NCBI GenBank assembly: GCA_030390025.1
Contig: CM059427.1
Span: forward strand, 39,680,001-39,744,000
Direction: 5' to 3'
DNA length: 64,000 nucleotides
DNA from: Squalus acanthias
Taxonomy: Eukaryota
In this document: positions 41,010 to 53,099 of the stretch, in pieces
Layout of the letters: every line of letters starts with the position of its first letter
Numbering within the stretch: position 1 is the stretch's first letter
The notes under the pieces: generated by a model
Databases searched by the model: none
What the model was told of the DNA's origin: nothing
The model's input: the letters and a program-made list of their open reading frames with translations, nothing else
Translations under genes and position numbers: made by a program

Positions 41010-42560
41010 AAAGTTGGCTTGTGTTCCCTTGAATTCAGAAGGCTGAGAGGTAAATTAATTGATGTGTTTAAAATGACTAAAGGAGTTGATACAGTAGATA
41101 CAGAGAAGCTATTTCTTCTGGTTGGGCAATCCAGAAGAAGGGGGCATAATCTTAAAATTAGAGTCAGGCCATTTAGGAGTGAAATCAGAAAGCATTTTCC
41201 ACACAAAGGGTCGTTGAAATCTGGAATTTTCTCCCAAAATAACTATAGATGCAGGTGCTAAGTCAATTGAAATTTTAAAGTCTGAGATCAACAGATTTTT
41301 ATTAGATAAGGGTATCAAGAGTTATGGATCAAAGGCAGGTAAATGGAATTGCTATAAAGATCAGCCATGACCTAGTTGAATGGAAGAACAGGCTCAAGGG
41401 GCTGAATAGCCTACTCCTGTTTCTATGATGTTCCAAGTGGATACTGGAATGAAGGATTAGTCCTTTATTTTAAGGTGGGACAAGAAGGAACTGAAGCATC
41501 CACATGTATGCTGACGACATCCAGCTGTACCTCTCCAGCACCTCTCTCGACGTCTGCGCTCCCTTTGTGTTGACAGATTGCTTGTCCAATACCACGTCAT
41601 GGGTGAACTGCAATTTCCAAAAGCAGTAGCGACAAAGGTGACTATGTTAAAGAGAAGACATCAGTGATCAGTTGTGTTCGATGTCAGCAGTCACAGAGAA
41701 GACATTTAATCATTTCATCTAAATATTTCTGCCTCCAAGCAATTAGGGCCATCTCCCAGAAATGTTCACATTCAAGCTTTTTTGGATGATGAAGGTGTGC
41801 AGGGCAGAGCAAGTTTCACTATGGGGTATAAATGAGCTGGAACATACTGCAGAGCCTCTCCTGATCACTTAAGGTAGTGAAAACACCACTTTAAGACAGT
41901 TCTCCCATTGATACCTTATTAGATACAGAAAAGCTATTTCCTCTGGTTGGGCAATCCAGAAGAAGGGGACAGAATCTTAAAATTAGATAAGGGCATCAAG
42001 GGATATGGATCAAAGGCAGGTAAATGGAGTTGCTTTAGAGATCAACCATGACCTAGTTGAATGGCAGAACAGGCTCAAGGGGCTGAATAGCCTACTCCTG
42101 TTTCTATGATGTTCCAGGTGGATACTGGAATGAACTCTGTTGTGCCTCATTGTAGTACTCCTCTGCTGCTGTTCATGCAACGCTAAATGGGGTCATTATC
42201 AATGGGAGCAGGGGGGTAGGCCTCATCACCCAAAAGACATCCATTGGCATTACATAGGATATACAGCATAGAAACAGGCCATTCGGCCCAACCAGTCCAT
42301 GCCGACGTTTATGCTCCACTTGAGCCTCCTCCCGTCTTTCCTCATCAACTATCAGCATAACCTTCTATTCTCTTCTCCCTCATATGCTTCTCGAGCCTCC
42401 CCTTAAATGCATCTATACTATTTGCTTTAACCACTCCCTGTGGTAGCGAGTTTCACATTCTCACCACTCTCTGCGGAAAGAAGTTTCTTCTGAATTCCCT
42501 ATTGGATTTCTTGGTGACTATCTTATATTGATGGCCTCTAGTTTTACTCTTCCCCACAAG
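41010..42560. mobile_element. Cluster of short CR1 3' fragments (41010-41430 +, 41920-42110 +, 42255-42560 -)
   Basis: SLEFRRLRGKLIDVFK motif and CR1 3' stem-loop motifs (gaacaggctcaaggggctgaatagcctactcctg). Confidence 0.75.
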
Positions 42561-42877
42561 ACTTCTTCTGTATCCCAGGAGCACTGAGACAAATTGTATC
42601 ACCATTAACAATGCCCCATCTGAGATTAGCTAATTCAACACAGATCAAGAATTGAACCAGTCGCCTTCCTCTCTCCATGGCCTAAATATTGAGAGGATAA
42701 ACTCACTGCGCAATTGGCAAGAGTTTGTGGAAGATGCCTCTCCAAACCATACGACTGAATTTTAGGAAAGTTAAAAATATTAAGACTGGAATTCTGGAAC
42801 AGCTAGCAGTCTTGCAGAGAGCTGAGACAAAGGGACTTACATACACACTCACAGGCATCGAGGAAGAATTTCCATAG

Positions 42878-42996
42878 GGTTCTCCTGATCTCCCACCACA
42901 ACTTTGGCGGAAACGCTGGAAAAATGGTGCAAATTGCTATTTTTAGTTGTTTCTCCAGGGTTCCTGCCAAAGTTACGGTGGGAGATCAGGAGAACC
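42878..42996. repeat. Short hairpin (MITE-like) inverted repeat
   Basis: Perfect 20-bp arms ggttctcctgatctcccacc (42878-42897) / ggtgggagatcaggagaacc (42977-42996), extending imperfectly inward. Confidence 0.8.
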
Positions 42997-44120
42997 ACCA
43001 CAGGAGTTCTAGGCACAGGTGTTTCCAGTTAAGCCTGGAACCACAGGGTAGTAAACCTGTCAAAATAACAAACCTAAGAGGCTAATTGACAGGTAAGAGC
43101 GTTTGCATCAACAACTGTTAAGTAAACAGAAAAGCTTTTAAGAATATATTAGGGTCATGAGATGGCCCTTTGGTTATAGTTTAGGTGCTGGAAAAGCTAA
43201 GGGATATAGCACAGTTTCAAAAGGCCTGCTTGTAATTTGACCATCATACTTGCTGAAAAGATGCCTGTCCAGTTGACAGATTCTTTGGCAAGGATCCATG
43301 TGACAAAGTTAATTCTTTTTCACTTGGCCACTAAGATTTAGTCACAAAAGTGGGTTTGTCCGAGTAGAATTTAAGGTATAAGGATATGCTTTTCCCCAGG
43401 CTAGGGAAAGGAAGGACAAGGCAAGAAAAACTGCATACCTGTAAAGCAAAACAGAGATGGCAGAGAGGACAGAAAGAGCAAAACAAAGAGAAGATTCCAA
43501 GAAAGTGTGAGGAAACTTTCTAGCAAGGACAAAAAGTTCAACAGAACATTTGAAATAGTTCTGCAGAAGCAGAGTGAAATTGTTCAAAGTGAAGTTGTAG
43601 GATTAAGAAACATTAAGAGTTTAAACTGACTGAAGTAAACCTGGAAAATGCATTACAATTGTATTTAATAGCTTACGTCTTTGGGCATAGTGAGAGAATA
43701 TAAAGACAGCATAGCAATACAGAGAAACATGTACATGCAACATTAGCTAAGCCAGAACAAGACGATAACCAAAAAATGACCACCACCACCACAAACAGCA
43801 ACTCGTTGCTGGCGTCCCCAGGATGAAGCTGAGAATCCAAGGGAATATCAAACAGCTGGTGCCTCAAAGCCAATCCAGCAGAAGGACTCACCCAATAGTG
43901 GAGATAGCCTGGAAACTCAGCTTTTAACTTGTCAGCAACATGTCGACCATGAATGATAAGCTTAACCTTGCTAAGCCATATGGTAACCTCATAAATTCAA
44001 CATAGCTTTGTTATTCTGTAATCAAGAGAACCCAGCTGCAACAGAGATGCTGCAATACACTCACATTACATTTGTGCCTATAATTACTTTAATGTATCAA
44101 TTAGTAACTTCTGTTTCAGT

Positions 44121-44222
44121 TCTGTTCTGATGAAGGGTCATAGACCTGAAACGTTAACACTGTTTCTCTCTCCACAGATGCTGCCTGACCTGCTGAGTAT
44201 TCCCAGCATTTTCTGTTTTTAT
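44121..44222 (+). mobile_element. Solo Penelope pLTR fragment
   Basis: Similar to 26361-26460. Flanked by ttctgtttcagt / ttctgttttagt, a probable 12-bp TSD with one mismatch. Confidence 0.75.
44123..44159 (+). ncRNA. Minimal hammerhead ribozyme
   Basis: TGTT-CTGATGA-A-GGGTC-ATA-GACCT-GAAA-CG-TT-AACA. Stem I covaries relative to the other copies. Confidence 0.82.
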
Positions 44223-44997
44223 TTCTGTTTTAGTGTCTACTGTAATTTTCAATGCTTAATCTTGTCATGGTATTAGTTGTGTTAACTTAGATTTTGTGAA
44301 TAGAATATTAGTGTATCTCTGTGCCTAACTTCATCTTTGATGACTTTGGCATTCTTTTCAGGGTTGTACTGTAATTATGTGGTGACTACTTCAATGCATA
44401 ATTATTAACATACATTGGACTAGGTATGTATCAGAAGTGAGCTAAATTAGGCATTTTATAAACCTTAGATATATACAGTAGAAGTTCCGATGTATACTTT
44501 TTAAGAAAAAGGACAAAGTTTGATCCAATTTTTTTTCTTTTGTTCATAGGATGTGGGCGATATTGGCAAAACTGCATTTATTGCTCAACCTAGTTGCCCC
44601 GACAAGGTGGACCTTCTCCTTGAACTGGTGCAGTCTTTGTGCTAATGGTGCTCCCGTGCTGGTGTTAGGTAGGGTATTCCAGGATTTTTGACCCAACTAT
44701 GGTGAAGGAACAGCAGTATATGTCCAAGTCAGGAGGGTGTGTGACCAAGAAAGGAACTTTTGAGATGATTGTGTTCCAATGGCATTACGAGGGTAAAATT
44801 GGTCTGCACCAGTAGCATGAAACGGGCTCATAGTGAATTGACAGCCCATCTTTTCCATTGTCTTCAATAGCAGGGATGAGAGGGCTGTCCGATGAGGAGA
44901 GATTGAGCAAAATGGGCCAATATTCTCTGGAGTTTAGAAAACTGAGAGGTGATCGCATTGAAATGCATAAAAGTGCTTGACAGGATAGATGCTGTGA

Positions 44998-45329
44998 GGT
45001 GCTGTGAGGTGCTGTGAGTATTTGAACTCACTTTCGCGGGCTTTTCTTCACAGGCTGTTGTCGGGAGCGACGAGACCGGAGGTGCTGTGAGGTGCTGTGA
45101 GTATTTGAACTCACTTTCGCGGGCTTTTCTTCACAGGCTGTTGTCGGGAGCGACGAGACCGAAGGTGCTGTGAGGTGCTGTGAGTATTTGAACTCACTTT
45201 CGCGGGCTTTTCTTCACAGGCTGTTGTCGGGAGCGACGAGACCGGAGGTGCTGTGAGGTGCTGTGAGTATTTGAACTCACTTTCGCGGGCTTTTCTTCAC
45301 AGGCTGTTGTCGGGAGCGACGAGACCGGA
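44998..45329 (+). repeat. 4 x 83-bp tandem monomer array in the CR1 5' UTR
   Basis: Units start at 44998, 45081, 45164 and 45247. They are nearly identical (one G>A near the end of unit 2) and CpG-rich. Confidence 0.95.
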
Positions 45330-45774
45330 AGCGGACCAGGTGGGAAGTACCCAGGTGAACGGCATTTAAGGAGGGTGGTGGCTTAAACCCGAGTTCCTAC
45401 AGAGTAGGAACCCCCACCCGCCCTCCTCCTCTAACCTACTAGTCTTTTAGCAGTCTAAAAACAGAGATCACAAATTTTTTGGTCTCAGTTTCTTTTCAGC
45501 AGGGCAGGACGGTTACCGGGAGGAGCGGGAAGTCGGCGTAGGACCAAGGGAACACAAGACCGGGAAGTCAGCGAAAGACCAGGGAGGGAAGACTAACTGG
45601 TAAGTACTTTCCTCAAACCTTCCTAGAAAGTAAAACTAAAACTAGTGGGATTTGGTTAGTTTAAAAAGGAATAAGAGGAGTACAGTATACATTGGTCTAA
45701 GTAAGCTTCGGGAAAACAAAAGTCAATAAATAAACTAAAACTAGAAAATTAAAAAGTAATATAAGGGTTAAGTC

Positions 45775-46722
45775 ATGGCAGTAGAGCTCGGACCTGTGTC
45801 ATGCTCCTCCTGTAACATGTGGGAAATCAGGGACGCTTCCTGTGTCCCTGACAACCATGTGTGCGGGAAGTGTGTCCAGCTGCAGCTCATGTGGGACCGC
45901 ATGACGGCCCTTGAGCTGCGGATGGACTCACTTTGGAGCATCCACGATTCTGAGAGGGTTGTGGATAGCACATTTAGTGAGTTGGTCACACCGCAGGTTA
46001 AGGCCAGCGTAGATAGTACATGGGTGACCAAAAGGCAGAGCAAGGGCAGGAAGGTAGTGCAGAAATCCCCTGGGGTTGTCTCCCTTAGCAACAGGTTCAC
46101 CGCCTTAGGTGCTGTTGTCGGGGGGGATGACTCATCGGGGGAAGGCACCAGCAGCCAGGCTCATGGCACCATGACTGGCTCTGTTGCAAAGAAGGGAGGG
46201 AAAAAGAGTGGCAGGGCTATAGTAATAGGGGATTCGATTGTAAGGGGAATAGATAGGGGTTTCTGTGGTCGCGACCGAGACTCCAGGATGGTATGTTGCC
46301 TCCCTGGTGCAAGGGTCAAGGATGTCTCGGCGCGGGTGCAGAACATTCTGGAGGGGGAGGGGGAACAGCCAGTTGTCGTGATACATGTTGGTACCAACGA
46401 CGTAGCTAAAAAAAGGGAAGAGGTCCTACAAGTAGAATTTAGGGAGTTAGGAGCCAAGCTAAAAAGTAGGACCTCGAAGGTAGTAATCTCTGGATTACTA
46501 CCAGTGCCACGTGCTAGTAAGAGTACAGAGAACAGGATAGTTAGGCTAAATACGTGGCTTGAGCAGTGGTGTAAGAGGGAGGGTTTTAAATTTTTGAGGC
46601 ATTGGAACCAGTTTTGTGGTAGGTGTGACCTATACAAAAGGGACGGTCTACACCTGTGCAAAGATGGAACTGATGTTCTCGGGGTAATTTTTGATAAAGC
46701 AGTTCGGGAGCATTTAAACTAG
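45775..46722 (+). CDS. CR1 ORF1: zinc finger/leucine zipper plus SGNH esterase-like domain (315 aa, intact)
   Basis: CxxC..CxKC, VIGDSIVR, HVGTND and DGLHL motifs. Confidence 0.92.
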   Translation: MAVELGPVSCSSCNMWEIRDASCVPDNHVCGKCVQLQLMWDRMTALELRMDSLWSIHDSERVVDSTFSELVTPQVKASVDSTWVTKRQSKGRKVVQKSPGVVSLSNRFTALGAVVGGDDSSGEGTSSQAHGTMTGSVAKKGGKKSGRAIVIGDSIVRGIDRGFCGRDRDSRMVCCLPGARVKDVSARVQNILEGEGEQPVVVIHVGTNDVAKKREEVLQVEFRELGAKLKSRTSKVVISGLLPVPRASKSTENRIVRLNTWLEQWCKREGFKFLRHWNQFCGRCDLYKRDGLHLCKDGTDVLGVIFDKAVREHLN

Positions 46723-46859
46723 TATGGCAGGGGGCTAGAAACCTATGTAGTGAAATAGAGGAAAGTGAAAGGCAGACAGAAATAAATGGTAAAAGGGTGA
46801 GGAACAAAAAACAAAGGGCCAAACTAATTCATAAAAAATGTGAGCATAAAAAAAGCCTG

Positions 46860-49660
46860 AGGGTTTATACCTTAATGCGAGAAGCATCAGGAACAAGGTA
46901 GATGAATTAGCTGTGGAAATAGAGGTTAATAATTATGATCTAATTGGGATTACGGAAACATGGTTGCAGGGTGAGCAGGGCTGGGAGCTTAACATACAGG
47001 GGTATTCAGTATTTAGGAAGGATCGACAAAAAAGAAAGGGAGGGGTAGCATTGCTGGTAAAAGAGGGGATAAATGCAATTGAAAGGAAGGATATTAACTC
47101 AGTTAATACAGAATCTATATGGGTGGAGCTAAGAAATAGCGAGGGGCGAAAAACATTAATAGGAGTGGTATATAGGCCTCCAAATAGTAAAATAGAGGTT
47201 GGGGAGGGCATCACGAGGGAAATTAGAGAAGCGTGCAATAAGAGCACAGCTGTCATCATAGGTGACTTTAACTTACATATAGATTGGACTAGCCTAATCA
47301 GTAAAAATAATGAGGAGGAGGAATTCCTTGAGTGTTTAAGGGATGGTTATCTGGATCAATATGTCGAGGAACCAACTCGGGAACAGGCTATATTGGACTG
47401 GGTACTGTGCAATGAGAAGGGACTAATTAGTAATCTTGTTGTACGGGGACCCTTGGGTCAGAGCGATCATAACATGATCGATTTCTCACTCGAAATGGAG
47501 AGCGAAGAAATTGACTCAGAGACTAAGGTCCTGAATTTAAACAAGGGGAATTAAGATGCCATTAGACGGGAACTGAGTAGGTCTGATTGGACAACGTTCC
47601 TGGGAGGACTGGAGGTAGATAAACAATGGCAAGCATTTAAAGATAGAATGACAAAATTGCAAAAATTGTTTATACCAATCTGGCATAAAAGGAAATCTAA
47701 AAAGGTGACTCAACCGTGGATAACAGGGGAAATTAGAGACAGCATAAAATCCAAAGATAGGGCGTATAAAATAGCCAAAAAAAGCACCAGAGCGGAAGAT
47801 TGGGAACAGTTTAAGATAGAGCAAAGGAGGACAAAGGGCTTAATCAAGAGGGGCAAAATAGCTTACGAAAGCAAGCTGGCGGAAAATATAAAAACTAACT
47901 CCAAAAGCTTTTATAAGTATATCAAGAGGAAAAGACTGGTGAAAACCAAAGTTGGTCCATTGCAGTCAGATACGGGGGAATATATAACGGGAAATAAGGA
48001 AATGGCAGACCAACTAAATGCATACTTTGGGTCAGTCTTTACGAAGGAAGACACAAAAAACCTCCCTGGGATATCGGGAAAAATAGGGACATTGGCAAAG
48101 GAGGAACTGACGCAAATCAATATCTCTAAGGATATGGTGTTAAGGAAGCTAAAGGGATTGAAGGCGGACAAATCCCCAGGGCCTGATAACATGCATCCTA
48201 GGGTACTGAAGGAGGTGGCCCTAGAGATAGCGGATGCACTAAGTATGATTTTTCAGAATTCATTAGACTCGGGAACAGTGCCCATGGATTGGAGGGTAGC
48301 TAACGTTACCCCACTATTCAAAAAGGGGGGTAGGGAAAAAGCAGGTAATTACAGACCTGTAAGCCTTACATCAGTTGTGGGCAAAATGCTGGAGTCCATC
48401 ATTAAGGATGAAATAGCGGAGCACTTAGCAAATGGGGACAGGATAGGACAGAGTCAACATGGATTTACAAAGGGTAAATCGTGCTTGACTAATCTATTGG
48501 AATTTTTTGAGGGAGTAACTGGTAAAATAGATGGGGGAGAGCCAGTAGATGTGGTGTACCTGGACTTCCAAAAGGCCTTCGACAAGGTCCCACATAAAAG
48601 ATTAGCATGGAAAATTGAAGCTCATGGGATAAAGGGGAAAGTATTGACGTGGATAGAGAACTGGCTGTCAGATAGAAAACAGAGAGTTGGAATAAACGGC
48701 TCATTTTCTGAATGGCAGGCAGTAACGAGTGGGGTACCGCAGGGATCTGTCCTGGGTCCCCAGCTGTTCACAATTTACATTAATGACCTGGATCAGGGAG
48801 TCGGATGCAGCATTTCCAAATTTGCAGACGACACTAAACTAGGAGGGGGGGTGGGCTCAGAGGAGGAGACCAGGAAGCTCCAGAGCGATTTGGACAGACT
48901 GGGTGATTGGGCGGATAAATGGCAGATGCACTATAATGTGGACAAGTGCGAAGTTATCCACCTTGGGTGCAGGAACGGGAGGGCAAATTATTATTTAAAT
49001 GGCAATAAATTGGGAGAGGGGGAAGTACAGAGAGACCTGGGTGTTCTTGTACACCAGTCACTGAAGGCGAGCATGCAGGTGCAACAGGCGGTCAAGAAGG
49101 CAAACGGTATGCTGGCCTTCATAGCAAAAGGGTTGGAATACAGGAACAGGGATACCTTGCTGCAGCTGTACAGGGCACTGGTGAGACCACACCTCGAGTA
49201 CTGTGTACAGTTTTGGTCGCCTCATCTGAGGAAAGATGTTCTTGCCATGGAGGGGGTGCAGCGGCGATTCACCAGGCTGATACCAGGAATGGCGGGATTG
49301 ACCTATGAGGAGAGACTATGTAGTTTAGGGATGTACACACTGGAGTTTAGAAGATTGAGAGGGGACCTCATAGAAGTGTATAAAATTCTGACAGGTCTAG
49401 ACAGACTAGATGCAGAAGGAATGTTTCCCTTGGCGGGTGAGAACAGAACTAGAGGACATAATTTAAGGATAAGGGCTAAACCATTTAGGACAGAAATGAG
49501 GGGGAATTTCTTCACTCAGAGGGTGGTGAACCTGTGGAACTCATTGCCACAGAGGGCAGTGTACGCCAGCTCATTAAATATATTTAAGAGGGAATTAGAT
49601 ATATTTCTACAGGCAAAAGGGGTTAAGGGTTACGGAGAGAAGGCGGGGACGGGATACTGA
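46860..49660 (+). pseudogene. CR1 ORF2 (APE endonuclease plus reverse transcriptase) with one in-frame stop and a probable 1-nt 5' frameshift
   Basis: YLNARSIRNK, ITETWL, GDFN, SDH, PQGSVLGP and FADD motifs. ORFs 46913..47554 and 47648..49660 are in the same frame and separated only by TAA at 47552-47554. Confidence 0.93.
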
Positions 49661-51214
49661 ATTGGAGGATCAGCCATGATCTCATTAAATGGCGGAGCAG
49701 GCTCGAAGGGCCGGATGGCCTACTCCTGCTCCTATCTTCTATGTATCTATGTATCTATGCTGAGAGGTTGTTTCCCCTGGCTGGAGAGTCTAGAACTAGG
49801 GGTCATAGTCTCAGGATAAGGGGTCAGCCATTTAGGACTGAGAGGAGAAATTTCTTCACTCAGGGTTGTGAAGCTTTGGAATTCTCTAGCCCAGAGGGCT
49901 GTGGGTGCTCAGTAGTTGAGTATATTCAAGACTGAGATTGATATATTTTTGAACACTAAGAGAATCAAGGGATATGGGGGCAGGGCGGGCAAGTGGAGTT
50001 GATGTAAAGTTCAGCCATGATCTTATTGAATGGCAGAGCAGGCTCGAGGGGCCGTACTCCTGCTCCTATTACTTATGTTCTTAAATTGGGTGCAGTGTAA
50101 AGCGGGCTGCTAATTCACTATGAGCCCGTTTCGTGTGGCTGACGTAGACCAATTTGATTCCATACTATTCTTGTCCTTCTAGGGGATAGATGTTAGAAGT
50201 ATGGAAGGTGATGTTGAAGTAAGTTTGGTGAGTTGCTGCAATGCATCCTGTAGGTAGTACATATTGCAGCCATAGTATGCCAATGGTGGAGAGGGTGGAT
50301 ATTGAGTTCAGTGGTAGGGGCACCGATCAAGTGACCTGCTTTGTGCTGCATCATTGGGAGCTTCGTGTGCCTTGTTGTCATCATGGCAAATAGTGAGTAT
50401 TTCATCACACTTTTAAATCTTGCAGGTGAAGTGCCTTTGAGGGATCAGGAGGTAAGCCACTCATCGTATGCCTCTGCTGTATTCTTGGAGCCAAAGTTTT
50501 GGTATGATTGATCCAGTGATGCTCATCAATGGTGACCTCTAGGATGTTCATAGTGGGGACACAGCAATGCTGCTGTCATTGAAGATCGGGGGAGGTATTT
50601 AAGCTTTTTCTTGTTGGAGATGGGCATTGCCTGAGCTGTTTCATTATTGGAGGAATTGTGAGCTGAAAATGATGGATTCATTACATTGTGACAGTGGTAC
50701 AGTCATCAATGAAGCAGCTGAAAGTAGTTGGATTCCATGTGGTGAAGGTGCTCCCATAATGCTGTGAGGTAGGGAGTTCCAGGATTTTAATCGAGCAATG
50801 ATGAAGGAACAGAGACAGATGTCCAAGTCAGGACACAATTTTGTTATGGCACTAAAGATGCCTTGTTCTCAAGCATAGTTATTCTTACCTATTAACCTAT
50901 ATAGTGTAATTCAGATAATATATTGCTTACAAAGTAGGTGTGATTTCGCAATTACCAGAATCATACCACATTCTTTTTCGTCATCATAGAAGCATTTTTG
51001 TTCTTCAGTTTTGAAACCCACAGGAAACAGACGTTATGTAGGATAAAGCAGTAAGGGGGTAATTTTCTCTTTTGCTTTCACTGGAAAGGAAAATCGGGAG
51101 AGGTGTTTAATGTGCAGCCAATCCGATATCGCCCATTTTACACTATTGTCAAAAGTTAAAATTACTTCCTATAACTTTCAAGTCACTAAACAACACCCTT
51201 GAAGACAGCACATT

Positions 51215-51974
51215 GGCCCGAAAATTAGACCTAATACGGGAGATTACGCACTGTGTACTCTCGCGTATTAGGTCCCGAAGTGCCGGTTTCCTGCATGCAC
51301 TGTGCATGCGCGGGAAACCGGCACTTCGGGTATTGCGAAGGGGGGCGGTTCCTAAGTGAACCGCGTGCGCGCTACAGGTTGTGCGCACGCAGCGCACTTA
51401 GTTTTTTTTTCGGGTTTGAACGCACAGGTAAGTGTTGAAGATTTTACACAAAGAAAGCAGGCGTAAGACCCCCTTTTAACAAGGTAAGTAGTTAATTAAG
51501 TATTTAAAATGTTTTTCAACAGGTTTATCTTTTTTAGAGACTTTAAAGAAAGGTAAGTTTATTTTTATAACTTTTAAAAAGAATTTAAATTTTTCAAAAA
51601 TTTAAATTTTTGTTTAAAGTGGTTAATTTATTTAACTATAGTTATTTTATTAATGTGATGGCTTTTTTTAAAATTTAATTGAGGTTTAGCTGTTCTTTTG
51701 GGGGCTTGTTGTATTCATAGTTTTGACAGCTCTTCCTGTCAAAACTATGAATGAAAGATGGTGTGCTGCCATTGGCTCTAACTGGCCCATGTGATCCCAG
51801 AGGTAGCATCGAACTAACTGCGCCTCTGGGACACGCACACACTGCGCGCCGGCACCAGGGAGAGGCCCAGGAACTAAAGTTCGTGTGGGCCAAAACCATA
51901 AAGGTAGGCGCGGAGTGCGCTATCGCGGGGGATCCTTACCCCCGCGGCAACCATCGAAATCCAATTTCTGGGCC
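51215..51974. mobile_element. MITE (760 bp), CpG-rich arms and AT-rich core
   Basis: Ends ggcccgaaaatt / aatttctgggcc. Flanked by ATT / ACT. Confidence 0.78.
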
Positions 51975-53099
51975 ACTATTTCTGTAAGTGTTACATCCTG
52001 TAATGTTTTTTTCCATTAGGCTTTGTTGATTGGCTTAAATAAATCAGAACTGAAAATGTTGGGAACATACTAATCAAATGAAAAGAAAGTGACTAGACAA
52101 CTACCAATGAGAAAGAATGCCTTGTAAGGACTTATGGAAACAACAAATCTTGAATGACCAGTCAGGAGAACCTATAAAATAAAACAGGAGGCAAACTAAT
52201 CTCATTGCAAAAAAAAAAAATACAAGTATTTCTCCGCTATTTTTCCCTAGTAATTGAAATTTCCAATATTAAAAATAAGCAAAAAAATACATATTTAATG
52301 ATTAAATTTAGCAATATAATTTTCTTGTGTGTATTTTAATACCTTTTACTTGAAGTTCCCAGCTGTCTAAAAAGCCTAGCTTCAACTTGCTATTTTTCCA
52401 GACAGAATAGTTGGACAGTTATCAACCGGACCTCTGCATTCTGATTGTGTAGCTTTCAGAATTTCCCAACATTAATCAGTAGGTTTCTCTTAAGTAAGAG
52501 TGTTTCCCATCCTCCTCTGAATATTTCACTTTGTTTTTCCAAGTGATTTAAATTTAAATATTAGGTTCCTTTTGTTAGGCTGTTTTCACATCAAGCTCTT
52601 TCCCTCATCATTTCAGAAACTTATCTTTTAAATGCCCCAAATGGTTTTGTCTTTCTCTTACCAGTTTAAAAGATGCGTTTGTATAAAAACTTAGAACTTG
52701 TCTAAACAATGAACTTTTGAGCATTTAAGAATTTTTAAAAATTGTTTATAGAAATTTCTGTTTATTAAAAACTGTACGGGGCCAATTTTCTTCTGCTATA
52801 TGCTCAGGATGTGCTTAGTTCTAGGGCACAAAGCAGAAGAAAAAGGGACAGAAATATGTTGCGATGGGTCCCTGGCTCCTTCGTGTTATTCCAGGATTTT
52901 CTGGGGCTCACTGGGCATGGTGTTGCATTCAAAGCAGGTGCCGCCCTGGAAATGAGGTGAAGAGGCAAATCCTACCATCTTATTTTCTTGTTGGTGCATG
53001 AGACAGGCACCTTTTTGGAAGGGCACCCAGAAGAAATCGACCCCTCGGTGACATTAACTGTCGGCAATGAGCCCGTTTTCCAATGTATGATGATACACA

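Larger units (their letters stand above)
44995..49756 (+). mobile_element. Near full-length, young CR1 LINE
   Basis: 5' UTR with tandem monomers, ORF1, ORF2, a 3' stem-loop and a (TATCTATG)n tail. ATGCTG target-site duplication at 44989-44994 and 49757-49762. Inserted in an older CR1 3' fragment. Confidence 0.95.
44870..50083 (+). mobile_element. Older 5'-truncated CR1 3' fragment split by the young CR1 (44870-44994 plus 49763-50083)
   Basis: ...caggatagatgctg|agaggttgtttcccctgg... rejoins across the insertion and ends in a CR1 3' motif and ttatgttctta. Confidence 0.85.
44788..50162. mobile_element. Small MITE split by the CR1 insertions (arms about 44788-44870 and 50084-50162)
   Basis: Inverted arms aaattggtctgc...aaacgggctcatagtgaatt / aattcactatgagcccgttt...gaccaattt, flanked by TA(C) on both sides. 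Confidence 0.75.
44535..50840 (-). mobile_element. Degraded LINE of the second CR1-group family (family B), host of the nested insertions
   Basis: 44535-44787 and 50163 to about 50840 are collinear with the family-B element at 11267-12688 (HPLHHW...AAICTTYRMHCSNSP). Confidence 0.75.

Noticed and set aside
44998-45329. CRISPR-like array
   Set aside because: Units are contiguous and identical with no unique spacers. They lie in a LINE 5' UTR in eukaryotic DNA with no cas genes.
45768-49515. Antisense ORFs of 70-166 aa over the CR1 (and similar ones over the Penelope element)
   Set aside because: These are shadow frames of transposon coding sequence with no independent motifs.
51215-51974. CpG island or promoter
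   Set aside because: The CpG-rich sequence is bounded by terminal inverted repeats and is explained as a MITE.
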